From NCBI RefSeq assembly GCF_018350175.1, contig NC_058382.1:49106001-49170000 (forward strand): DNA of 64,000 bases, read 5' to 3'. Of the stretch, positions 1 through 12,053 are shown one piece after another (within the stretch, counting starts at the first letter, position 1; each line of letters begins with the position of its first letter). The stretch is from Felis catus. Its lineage: Eukaryota. The notes below the pieces were generated by a model. The model was given only the letters and a program-made list of their open reading frames with translations. It made no database searches and was not told where the DNA came from. Both the position numbers and the translations under genes were made by a program.

Positions 1-2427
1 GCTGGGCTCAATCTCAAGACCCTGGGATTATGACCGGAGCCAAATTCACGAGTAGGATGCTCAGCCAACTGAGCCACCTAGGTGCCGCACAGAATAATTT
101 TACTATCTTTAATGTAACCCTGTTTATTTAAAGTTGTAATGACAACACAGTAAAGGTCTCCTTTCAAGAAATCAAATAGTATGATGCATACTATATGCAG
201 AGTGCAATGAAGTCACTAGTCAAATTTAAGAGGATATGGGAAAAAGAAACATAATACTTTTAAGACATTACAGTTTACTACTCTATACTCCGGCAAATGG
301 GCCTGTTTAGTTCCTAAATACAATTTCTGTCTAGTATCTCCTAAAAGTAACATGACGTACTTTTGTATCATTTATCTTTCTAATCTCAATGGGATCTCTC
401 AGCCTACTAAATTATATTTCTCAATAAGGCCTAGAAGAGTTATTAAATTTTCACCTACGTATTTGAAGTCTCATCTGTTTTTTTTAAAAAAAAATTTTTT
501 TTAACGTTTTATTTATTTTTGAGACAGAGAGAGACAGAGCATGAACCCACAGACCGCGAGATCATGACCTGAGCTGAAGTCAGACGCTCAACTGACTGAG
601 CCACCGAGGCACCCCTTAACCACATTTTTATATCAATGATCTAGCACCAGTGTTATGAAAATTTGAGCAAGTTCTGTTGCTATACTTGTCTTTTTGTTTA
701 ATATACATTTTTTGTTTGTTTTTTCTCTCTTGACTCTTGCATCCTTACAGTAGTTGCAGCAGCAACAAAACTCTGAGTTTTGATTGGTTTCATTTCACAA
801 ACCTATCTCTGAGAAAGCAAATATGATGACTTCTTTCCAGGGGTACTTACATGTCACCACCTTCTGGGTCTTCCAGAGAGGCAGGCATTTTATTTTTAAT
901 AGTTCTTCAAACCTCATTTGATTTGTTCTGCTGTGAGACTATCATTGAAATACTTTTTAGGATTTCAGCATACTATAGCTGTAGCCAGGGATCTGTTAAT
1001 AGAATTTGTTTAATATTGAGATATAAACTTAGTAGTTTGCCAGGTGCCCATTAAAAAACAGATGAGGGGCGCCTGGGTGGCTCAGTCGGTTGGGCGGCCA
1101 ACTTCGGCTCAGGTCACGATCTCGCGGTCCGTGAGTTCGAGCCCCGCGTCGGGCTCTGGGCTGATGGCTCAGAGCCTGGAGCCTGCTTCCAATTCTGTGT
1201 CTCCCTCTCTCTCTGCCCCTCCCCCATTCATGCTCTGTCTCTGTCTCAAAAATAAATAAAAACATTAAAAAAAATTTTTTTAATGTGGTTAAATGTTTAC
1301 AGCCTAATAAATACTAACACTCTCAATTTTTCAATTCATAGCATTTTGAATTATTCAATGCCTAGAATAACCCCAGTTTGACTTTATAATGACTATCTCA
1401 GCTGACAATGATCCTAGACATAATTCATTGTGTAAAATGTAAACATCAGTGTTGACTTTGATGCATAATAAACCAAAGCACGTTACAAAGCAGAGTTGTC
1501 AAATCACATACGGGGCAAAAATGCCATCCCTTATGGCACAACTACATTAAGTAATTAACTTCTTTTGCCTCTGTTAACCACAAGATTCAGTATGAGAGGG
1601 GACCTAAGTACCAACTCTTAAGCTTCCATTCATCACCACACCAATTTGATTCACCTTCTGCCATGTCTCTGACATACTGCTCTAAAACTCTGTTTTGCTA
1701 CTCAAGACATACCTAATTTGAGACCACTAACACCAAAACCAAGAATCATAGCAACAGTCTACTATAAATGACTAAAATATCTCATCTTCCTGTAATACTT
1801 AAATACCTTAATTCCTAGCTTGTGTAGTCCAGAGCAACATAATAAACCACATTCTTAAAGAGGAGTAGCCAGCAAAGCCACTTGTTTGATATTAAGAAAA
1901 ACTTGTCATTTCCCTAGCTATACCAGTGTGTAAATGTAACAGAAATTGGGTATTTCTTACCCAAATCTTTCTGATTTGTTTTCTTGGAAGGGGAAAATCT
2001 TTAGGAATCAAAATAATTAGATGACATCCTTTTACATCTCACCTGTAGATTTAGACTGGAGAATGTCAAATTACAATTGATTTGGTTCTCATATATAAGG
2101 TAACTTAGAAAAACGGCTTAATGTAAAAAAAAAAAAAAACAACTGCTGAAACCTAAAATGAGTATCAGTTACTAGATTAAGCTTTCTTCAAAATAACGTT
2201 GATATAAGAGTTGAACATTACATTTCCACTAGGCATGTCACAACTTCTGAGTATAGGGTGGGTGATCTTCTGTCCAGGCACTACAGAAGTCTTCTGTAAG
2301 TGTTTTGGTAATCATTTTTTTCATAACAAGCCTGAATTTTCTATATTGGTAAGCACAACAACAAACATATCTGACCAACTCAAAAGACCCAAAGATAATT
2401 CTTTTCTTAAACTGAAGAAAATCAAGT

Positions 2428-2453
2428 TTGTGTGTGTGTGTGTGTGTGTGTGT
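2428..2453. repeat. (TG)n microsatellite
   Basis: Seen directly. Confidence 0.95.
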
Positions 2454-3929
2454 GCTTAAACTGAACATTACCCAATGACTTTAATGACTCTTGGGTTCTC
2501 CCTCCTGAAATTTGACTCCCTATTTAATTCTTACAGTTCTATGTATACCTTCTATTTGCTTAATCAATAGTATCCTAAACCTAGTGTACATGTGATCTAC
2601 TAGAGAAGCTTAAAAAAAAAAAAAAAAAAAAAACAGATGTGATAATATATTTCTTATAATGGAGGTTATCGGTTATTGGTTACTTAGAAAAAAAGCCAAC
2701 CAAAATCAACTCAAATTGTTGAAAAATTTAAAAATCTTCTTAAAAGCAACAAATAGCTAACAACATTATAGGTATTGCCAAGCTAGTGCTGAAAGAAAGA
2801 AGGATACCTAGAAACACAGAACTCAAAATCTCATTTTTGCCTTGAATATACTTGCTATACCTATCAAAATGGGTCCTCCTTTTTGAAGGGCTATGTGGGC
2901 AGAAATGAAGCCAAGATCTGCCCAAGGTAAAAAGTCTAATAAGAGATGCTCTTGCTTTAAGCTGGAATCTCAAAAGGCTACACTTTTAAGGGCAAACTAC
3001 AATTAAACTAGCTCTTCCTCAGATTTGCATTGTCTGGCCATTTCAGAAAACCTTAAAACTCTGAAACTGATTTAAGGTGATCTTGGTGTGGTGATGGGTG
3101 ATGGAACTGGTAGCAGTCAGAAATGCCTAACAGAATAAATAAAAATCCTTTCTGAAAAACAGCACTTTATCTTAGGCCCCAAATCATTCCTACAAATAAT
3201 TTCCCCAAAAACCAGTGAGTGGCATACAGTGAAAATAACTAAACATACTGTGCAATAAGACACCATGAATGAGAATCAGCAGAAAGACAAAGAAACAGAT
3301 CTTTAAAGACTTCAGTTATTGGTACAATTAGATAAGAGAACAATCATAATTGCCATACTTTTAAAAAAATGTTTATTTATTTTTGAGAGAAAGAGGGCCA
3401 GTGGGGGGGGGGGGGTGGCAGAAAGTAGGGCAGAGGAGCTGAAGTGGGCTCCGTGCTGACAGAAGAGAGCCCAACGTGAGGCTCGAACTCATTACCATGA
3501 GATCATGACCTGAGCCAAAGATGGTCCTGCCCCCATAAATGGTATACTTAACCTTCAGAATACTAGGAAAAATCATGTAGGTAATCACCAGAATCATCAG
3601 AATACTAAGAAAAATACTAGGAAAATCATCATTTACCATTTTTATATTAAATACTTCATGAATAATTTATAGTAGAATAAGTCAAAGTAGAAAACTTAAT
3701 TAAAAATCTTGATATACCTTTTAACACAGTACACCCAAACGGTTATTCTTTATTATCCTGCGTTTGAAGGTATACATAACCAGCTCTTTATCAGCTGTCA
3801 GTGACAAATCTAAAGCATATCCATCTTGTAAATATTGATCCCAGATTTCAAATACATCCTTAATAGATTCCATCTCATCATTGCTTCTGCTGCTTCCTGT
3901 ACTTTCATTATCAAAATGCAAAAGTTTTT

Positions 3930-4153
3930 TTTTTTTTTTAATTTTTTTTTCAACGTTTATTTATTTTTGGGACAGAGAGAGACAGAGCATGAACGGGGGA
4001 GGGGCAGAGAGAGAGGGAGACACAGAATCGGAAACAGGCTCCAGGCTCTGAGCCATCAGCCCAGAGCCCGACGCGGGGCTCGAACTCACGGACCGCGAGA
4101 TCGTGACCTGGCTGAAGTCGGAAGCTTAACCGACTGCGCCACCCAGGCGCCCC
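3930..4153 (-). mobile_element. Young cat-type SINE (SINEC_Fc-like)
   Basis: Near-identical to four other copies; CpGs intact; TSD AAAATGCAAAAGTTTT (3913-3928/4154-4169). Confidence 0.95.
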
Positions 4154-4620
4154 AAAATGCAAAAGTTTTTAAAATTTTGATACCTCATAATTTTGTGGGA
4201 AACAGGACTGCCTCTTTGCTCTATTACCACAAAACATTTCATTTATGTATTAATAAAAGCCAATCAGAATAATAAACCCAAAGAATGTTTTCATTTCTAC
4301 TTCACCTATATCCTTCTGTTAATCTCTGTATACACACTTGACTTAAGCATTTGTCCACTGGTCTAGTAAATTTTGGTGCAAAAATATAATAGATGTACAA
4401 ACACTGCCACATACTCTTCTAGCAAAAGATGTTCTAGGTACTTGTCATAAAATACTGCATGATGAAGACCTTCTTGATGAATAACTAATTACATGAGATG
4501 TATTTCATTTTCATCCTTAGAAATAATTTGTTCACCCACTGAATTTTTAGTTTCAGAAAATTTAGCCAGGATATTGTCATTTGAATACTCCGTCCAAAAT
4601 GATGCTTCTATATTATAGAC

Positions 4621-6495
4621 CAGTACTGCCCAACAGAAATATGAGCAACATATGTAATTTTACATTTCTTAGTAACCATATTAAAAAAGTAAACAGAGGT
4701 GTGCCTGGCTGGCTCAGTTAGCATAGTGTGTGACTCTTGATCACACTGAGTTCGAGGCCCACATTGGGTGTGAAGCCTATTTAAAAAATAAAAATAAAAA
4801 GCAATCAGCAAGACACTATGGTACTGGCACAAAAACAGACAGACACTCAGATCAATGGAACAGAATAGAGAACCCAGAAATGGACCCACAAACATATGGC
4901 CAACTAATCTTTGACAAAGCAGGAAAGAATGTTCAGTGGAATAAAGACAGTCTCTTCAGCAAGTGGGGCTGGGAAAACTGGACAGAGACATGCAGAACAA
5001 TGAACCTGGACCACTTTCTTACACCACACAAAAAAAACAAACTTAAAATGGATGAAAGACCTCAAGGTAAGACAGGAAGCCATCAAACTCCTCGAGGAGA
5101 AAGCAGGCGAAAACCTCTTTGACCTTGGCCGCAGCAACTTCTTACTCAACACGTCTCTGGAGGCAAGGGAAACGAAAGCAAAAATGAACTACTGGGACCT
5201 CATCAAAATAAAAAGCTTCTGCACAGCGAAGGAAACAATCAGCAAAACTAAAAGGCAACCTTCAGAATGGGAGAAGACATTTGCAAACGACGTATCAGAT
5301 AAAGGGTTAGTATCCAAAATCGAGAAAGAACTTATCAAACTCAACACCCACAAAACAAATAGTCCAGTGAAGAAATGGGCCAAAGACATGAATAGACACT
5401 TCTCCAAAGAAGACATCCAGATGGCCAACTGACGTGTGAAAAAATGCTCAACGTCACGCGTCATCAGGGAAATACAAATCAAAACCACCATGAGATACCA
5501 CCTCACCCCTGTCAGAATGCCTAACGTGAACAACTCAGGCAACCACAGATGTTGGCGAGGATGCGGAGAGAGAGGATCTCTTTTGCGCTGCTGGTGGGAA
5601 TGCAAGTCGGTGCAGCCACTCTGGAAAACAGGATGGAGCTTCCTCAAAAAATCAGAAATAGAAGTACCCTAGGACCCAGCAATTGCATTACCAGGCATTT
5701 ATCCAAGGGATACAGGTGTGCCGTTTCGAAGGAACACACGCACCCCAATGTTCACAGCAGCGCTAACAACAATAGCCAAAGTAAGGAAAGAGCCCAAATG
5801 TCCATCGATGGATGAACGGATAAAGAAGATGTGGTACGTATGTACAATGGAGCATTACTCGGCCATCAAAGAGAATGAAATCTTGCCGTTTGCAACCACA
5901 TGGATGGAACTAGAGGGTATTATGTTAAGTGCAAGTAGTCAGCCAGAGAAAGACAAATATCATAGGACTTCACTCATAGAAGGACTTTAAGATACAAAAC
6001 AGATGAACGTAAGGGAAGGGAATCAAAAATAATATAAGAAATGGGAGTGGGACAACACATAAGAGACTTAAATATGGAGAACAAACAGAGGGTTACTGGA
6101 GGGGTTGTGGGAGGGGGGATGGGCTAAATGGATAAGGGGCATTAAGGAATCTATTCCTGAAATCACTGTTGCACTATATGCTAATTTGGAGGTAAATTTA
6201 AAAAATAAAATTAAAAAAATAAAATCTATACAACCCCCAAAAATCTATTAATTAATTAAATAAAAAAAGAAAAAGTAAAAAGAAACAGGTGAAATTAATT
6301 TTAATATATTTTATTTAACCCAATATATCCAAAATGTTATTTCAACAAGTAATCAATATAAAAAATTGAGATATTTTACATTTTTTCTCTTTCCAGGTCT
6401 TGGAAATCCCATATATATTTTACACTTACAGCACATCTCAAGTCCACTTTTTAGTGCTCAATGGCCTCACATAGCTGGTGGCTACCATACCAAAA
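4621..6495 (+). mobile_element. MER33-like hAT/Charlie DNA transposon fossil split in two (4621-4697 and 6270-6495)
   Basis: CAGTACTGCCCAACAGAAATAT...ATGTAATTTTACATTTCTTAGTAACCATATTAAAAAAGTAAA resumes as AAAAGTAAAAAGAAACAGGTGAAATTAATTTTAAT...TTTAACCCAATATATCCAAAA. Homologous to the copy at 35023-35322. Confidence 0.8.
4803..6225 (+). mobile_element. 5'-truncated carnivore/felid L1: ORF2 C-terminus plus 3' UTR, frameshifted and with stops
   Basis: ORF fragments [85 protein letters not shown]-rich 3' UTR and A-rich tail. Confidence 0.95.
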
Positions 6496-6960
6496 AGTAG
6501 GGGCATCTGGGTGGCTCAGTCGACTGAGTGTCTGACTCTTGGTATCAGCTCAGGTCATGATCTTGTAGTCATGGGATCAAGTCCCACATGAGGCTCTGCA
6601 CTGATAGCATGGAACTTGCTTGGGATTCTCTCTCCCACTCTCTCTGCCCTATTCTCACTCTCTCAAAACAAATAAAAAGCATAAATCTATAGTGCTACTA
6701 TTTGTCTCTTTACATTTCTCTCCTAATTCATATAACTGTGAAGTATTTTCTTCTGTCAATGTTCTTCTCTTTGCCAGTATGGGCAGAAAATGAAAAATTC
6801 TTAATTTTCAACTGTGTTCAACAAAAGCCTAAACTATGAAAATAGTATCTTAGAATTACCAAAGGGTGTAATGCATCCATATGGTAACTGTAAGATAGAA
6901 ACTAAATTCTCCTTGAAAGACTTCTAAGAAAGAATAAAGGCCATGAGATATCAATTCTTT

Positions 6961-7250
6961 TTTTTAATTTATTTTCATTTTTTTTTCAATATATGAAATT
7001 TATTGTCAAATTGGTTTCCATACAACATCCAGTGCTCATCCCAAAACGTACCCTCCTCAATACCCATCACCCACTCTCCCCTCCCTCCCACCCCCCATCA
7101 GCCCTCAGTTTGTTCTCAGTTTTTAAGAGTCTCTTATGCTTTGGCTCTCTCCCACTCTAACCTTTTTTTTTTTTTTCCTTCCCCTCCCCCACGGGTTTCT
7201 GTTAAGTTTCTCAGGTTCCACATAAGAGTGAAAACATATGGTATCTGTCT
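6961..7250 (-). mobile_element. Young felid L1 3' UTR fragment with perfect 16-bp TSD
   Basis: Poly-T start, L1 3' UTR sequence (AAATTTATTGTCAAATTGGTTTCCATACAACA...), TSD TGAGATATCAATTCTT at 6944-6959 and 7251-7266. Confidence 0.88.
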
Positions 7251-7780
7251 TGAGATATCAATTCTTACAAGTACTCTTCTTCAAAAGAGAAACTAAAAAA
7301 CTAAAACTGGGTCCAATGGAACCTTATAGTACAGCAAAAGTTAAAGAAATGAGACAAATTTGACATAATCTTTACAGAATAAAATATAAAAAGTGATCTA
7401 GCAGATCTAGAACTGGAAGAGCCTAACAATTTTGAAAAAGAAAAGTAAAAAGACACTGTACCAGATTTCAAGACTTATTATAAAGCAAATGTAATCAAGA
7501 GTGAGATACTGGCAAAAGCATAGAGACAAAAGGAATGAATCTATCCATGTGTTAAAACTCACAGATTGTGTGCACACATACACACAAAAGCAAATTTTAC
7601 TACATGTAAAGTATATCTTAAGGTAAAAAAGGAAAAAATGATGAACTATAGTAATTTAGTTTAAAAAAAAGTACAAAGAGTTAAGCAGCTGGGCATAATG
7701 GAAAAGAAAACTAGTAAACTGCAAGGTAACTCAAAAGAAATTATTCAGAACATAGCATGAAGACGTTATTAAATGTGAAA

Positions 7781-8183
7781 CCTTCCACCACAGCAGCCAG
7801 TGAAGAACAGAACAAAAGGCTCTGTGATACCCCATGGCCATGCACCTCAACAAAGGCCACAAGATGACCAAGAACATGAGCAAGCTGAGGCACAGGCACC
7901 ACTGTGGATGCCTGACCACACATACCAAATTCCTCTGGGACATGACTGGAAAGTTATGTGGCTTTGCCTCATACAAGCAGAGCACCTTGAAGCTGTTACA
8001 AGTCTCCAAGGATAAGCAGGCCCTCAGGATCATCAAGAGAAAAGTGAGGACACACAACCAGGCCAATAGGAAACATGAAGACCTGAGCAAAGTCTTGACT
8101 GCCAAGAGGACTGCAGCTGCCAAGGACTGAGCCCTCTCCCCACTCTGTGTATATTAAAACCTTCACAGAAATAAATAAATAAA
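7781..8183 (+). pseudogene. RPL36: Processed pseudogene of ribosomal protein L36 (RPL36), antisense to GLG1
   Basis: Intronless copy. Pyrimidine-starting 5' UTR (CCTTCC, 7781); start codon mutated to AAG (7816) and codon 4 to TGA (7825). ORF 7834-8130 (MAMHLNKGHKMTKNMSK...CGFASYK...VSKDKQAL...AAAKD) aligns to RPL36 residues 7-105. ATTAAA at 8153 followed by an A-rich tail. Confidence 0.93.
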
Positions 8184-8287
8184 CATGGAAAAACAGTAAG
8201 AAATCTAACTTGGTTGATGTTTTAGAAGAGACAGAGTAGGGCAGTTAAGGGCTGAGAATTTTCCAGAATGGATGAAAGACACTAAAC

Positions 8288-8288
<1 letters not shown>

Positions 8289-8327
<39 letters not shown>
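8289..8327. repeat. Poly(A) tract (39 A)
   Basis: Seen directly. Confidence 0.9.
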
Positions 8328-8330
<3 letters not shown>

Positions 8331-8769
8331 CAGGGATGCCTGGGTGGCTCAGCTGGTTGAGCGTCCAACTTGATTTTGGCTGGATCATGATCTATAGTTT
8401 GTGAGTTTGAGCCCCACATCAGGCTCTGCACTGACTCACAGGACTTACTTGGGATTCTCTCTCTCTCCCCGTCTCTCTCTGCCCCTCCCTGCTCACACGT
8501 GCACTCTCTCTCAAAAAAAAATAAATAAATAAAAATAATTCAAAAATTTAAATCAAAAGAAACTCAGTAAACCCTAAGCCCAACAAATAAAAGGAAATTA
8601 CCACATGGAAAAATCATAGTGAATGAGGGAAACAGAAGGTATCTGAAAAGAAGCCACAGGAACTGACTGTTCAATACTAACAGTGAAAGCCAAAAGACAG
8701 TGGACAGAAGGAAATGTGCTAAAAGAAAAAAATATTCCAAACTAAAATTCTCTACGGAAAGATTTTTTT

Positions 8770-9051
8770 TAAGGCCACAAATTTCTCCCATTTCTTTTTG
8801 TCCCCTCCCATTTCTTTATGATCACCCTTTTGAATCTGATACTGTCATTACTCCCATCAAGGAATGGAGTCTAGGGGTGCGTGGGTGGCTCAGTTGGCCA
8901 AGCACTGAACTCTGTTTCCACTGAGGTCATTGTCTCTTGGGTCATGAGACTGACCCTTGTGTCAGGCTCTGTACTGACGGCATGGAGTCTGCTTGGGATT
9001 CTCTCTCTCCCTCTCTCTCTCACTTACACACACTCTCCTCTCTCTCCAGCT

Positions 9052-9131
<80 letters not shown>

Positions 9132-9597
9132 ATAAATAAAGTTAAAAAAAAAAGAGAGATGGGGGCTAATTCCTCCACTCTTTGGAATCTTGGCTTGGCT
9201 ACCCAATTTGTTCTGGTCAATGAGACGTCAGCAAATATGACAGCAAAGGTTTGTAAAGTGCTTGTGCATAGGAACTTATCATTTCTATATTGATTTTTGA
9301 AGCTAGTCACCACGTGAAGGAGTTTAGGCTGGCCAGCTGGATGATGAGAGGTATGTTGCCCAGTTACCCCTCTCACCCTAGCCGATCACCGGACATATGA
9401 CTGTCTAGCCCCCAGATGGCCTGACAAATGACTGTAGATACACGAATGAGCTGAGCTGACACCCTGTAAACCAGAGACAAGCCATCCCATTGAGCCCTGC
9501 CCAAATTGCTGACCTACAGATACATGGGGAAACAGTTGTTGTTTTTGAGTCATTGAGTTTGGGATGGTCTGTTATCCAGAAATAGATAATTGACACC
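8770..9597 (+). mobile_element. MLT1 (MaLR) solo LTR, interrupted by a SINE at 8874-9152
   Basis: Typical MLT1 3' end GAGCCCTGCCCAAATTGCTGAC...TTGTTGTTTTTGAGTCATTGAGTTTGGGATGGTCTGTTATCCAGAAATAGATAATTGACAC. Confidence 0.7.
9057..9128. repeat. Compound (CA)n(CT)n microsatellite within a SINE
   Basis: Seen directly. Confidence 0.95.
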
Positions 9598-11176
9598 TAG
9601 ACCCAACAAAAATATCTTTTAAGAATAGGGTAGAATAAAGACCTTTCCAGACAAACAAAACCTGACAGCTGGCCACTAGGAGACCCTCACTGAAGGAAAT
9701 TCCAAAGAATGTACTGTAGGCAGAAGGAAAGTTGTCCCAAATGGAAGGTCAGAGATGCAAGAAGGCATGAGGAACAAAGAAAGTGCTAAATATGAGGGTA
9801 AATCTATAAAAAATATTGATTTTGTAATAAAATAATAATAGAATGAAAAAAAATTCAACGCCAGTTGCTTTTGTAATACAATAACAACCCCTTAAAGTAT
9901 TTAAAATATTAAATGCTCCAGGGGCGCCTGGGTGGCTCAGTGGGTTAAGCGTCAGACATCAGCTCAGGTCATGATCTCAAGGTTCATGGGTTTGAGCCCC
10001 ACATCAGGCTCTGTGCTGACAGCTCAGAGCCTGGGGTCTGCTTTGGATTCTGTGCCTCCCTCTCTCTCTGCCCCTCCTCCACTTGTGCTCTTTCTCTCCC
10101 TCTCTCTCTCAAAAATAAATAAACATTAAAATTTTTTTTTAAATATTCAACACTCTGGGCACCTGAGTGGCTCAGTCAGCTGAAGGTCAGATTCTTGACT
10201 TCAGCTCAGGTTATGATGCCAGGGTCATGGGATTGGGCCCCGCATTGGGCTCTGGGCTCTACACTTGAGCATGGAGCCTGCTTAAGATTCCCTCCCTCTG
10301 TCCCTCCAACTCCCTTTCTCTTTCTCTCTCTCTCTCCCTCTGCCCCTCTTCCCTGCTCATGTTCTTTCTTTCTAAAAAATAAAAATTAAAAAAAAAATCA
10401 ATGCCAGCAATCATTCCCAGACATTCTGATTTAATTTACCTGAGACATCTAGGTACTGATAGTTTAAAAATCACCCAAAGTACAACTAGGGTTTGGAATC
10501 ACTATCTTAGGTCTTGCATATTTAAAGTTGGCATTAATCCCCACCTTCTTTCTCCTTTTATTTGGCTTGCCTTTTTTGAATTTAATGACATGTGATTCTA
10601 CATTGAAATAAGTTTTTAAAAACGTACTGTCTTCTGTAATACAAAGAGGCTCACCTTGGGAGATATTAAAGGTCTTAAAACAATTACTATGTAATTTCTA
10701 ATTATTTTTCATCAAGAGGTTATGACTATAAATTCACAGGGTATTCCCACTTGCAAGCATTAAAGAAAATTTCAGCTAAGGCTAAAGCTAAACAGGTTTT
10801 CTGGTTAATGTTCTTCTACAATATACTGAACAAAATAGTAACTAATATAAAAGACCAGGCTACAGGCCATCTGTTAACTAAACTAACAATAACAGATCTG
10901 GATACTGTGCTACTCAAAATATTCTATGTTAACTGCTCATTTTCCTAAAATTGCTCTGTTGACTAGATACAGCTGATGGTGCTTATGATCTAAATCAATA
11001 CACGAACTTAAGAATTACAATAACCCTCAAAGCAAACCTTTAAAACGCTTAAATGATGAAAGATTCCAAAGTAATGAATTCTGGCTGCAATATCAAAGTA
11101 AGAAGGAGTGAAATTAATGTAAGGAATAAGAAAATGATGCACCTAACAGACAATATAAATAAGCAGATTATATAAG

Positions 11177-11342
11177 CCATACCTAAATGAGTTTAAGATG
11201 CCCCATTATTTCATTTAAGATGAGTTTAAGAGCAAAAAAAACTCTGCCAATTATAATTATGTCATACAATTTAAGATGCATCCTGATTTCAAAGATGTTA
11301 AGGTAAAAAATAAAAAGTATGCTTTACCACCAATAAAATATG
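11177..11342. mobile_element. MER104-like (Tc2/Mariner) MITE
   Basis: TAAGATGCATCCTGATTTCAAAGATGTTAA resembles the recalled MER104 consensus. Confidence 0.55.
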
Positions 11343-11864
11343 ATAAAACATTATAACCAGGCAACCAGGGGATTTTTGCCAGAAGCTGTCTACCAGTATT
11401 AAAACTCTCAGCCAAACCAACCATACACAACCCAATTTAACATCAAAACAACAGCCTCAAGGAAACAACACTCTCTCTATGCAACAAAGGTATCAAAGAG
11501 AAAATGTTACATCTGTGGAGAAATAGCAATATTCAAATTCATTACCACCCCTAAAGCAGTATCACAAAAATGTACATACCCACCCAAGAGAGAATGCGTA
11601 AGTGTGCTGGTTCACGTGTGCACCATGCACATTCTCTGTCTCTCAAAAACCCAAACTAGTTTAATCAAAGTCTGCAGCGTCACACTGGCCCTAATTAATA
11701 AAAGTCCATACCAAATATAAAAACTGACAAACTCAGCAAATTCCTACAAAAATGCAGGATTACTTAAAGAGATTATAGCAAAACATTGTTCTAGCTGAAG
11801 ATGATGCTAATTCGGATGGACTGTAAACCATTAAAAAGAGATATATGTACATAATATATTCTAA

Positions 11865-12053
11865 GACAAATTTGTCCTACAAAGGGACATGTCATAATTA
11901 CTGTCAGCTTTGCAAGCCACACACAATCTTTACAATCTTGGTGTTTCTTTTAACAATCTTTTAAAACTATAAAAACCATTCTTACCTCCAGAAACTCACA
12001 AAAACAGGCTGTGGACTGGATTTAGTCCATGGGCTGTAGATTGCCAATGTCTG
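11865..12053. mobile_element. MER58-like hAT/Charlie MITE
   Basis: AAAACCATTCTTA...ACAAAAACAGGCTGTGGACTGGATTTAGTCCATGGGCTGTAGATTGCCAATGTCTG followed by a GTCTAAGA target-like site. Confidence 0.7.

Noticed and set aside
1066..1150. tRNA-like A and B boxes
   Set aside because: Heads of tRNA-derived SINEs; no cloverleaf or CCA-end context of a real tRNA gene.
4730..5990. L1 ORF2-like ORFs as a functional gene
   Set aside because: 5'-truncated, frameshifted near 5030 and containing stops (e.g. 5430, 5670).
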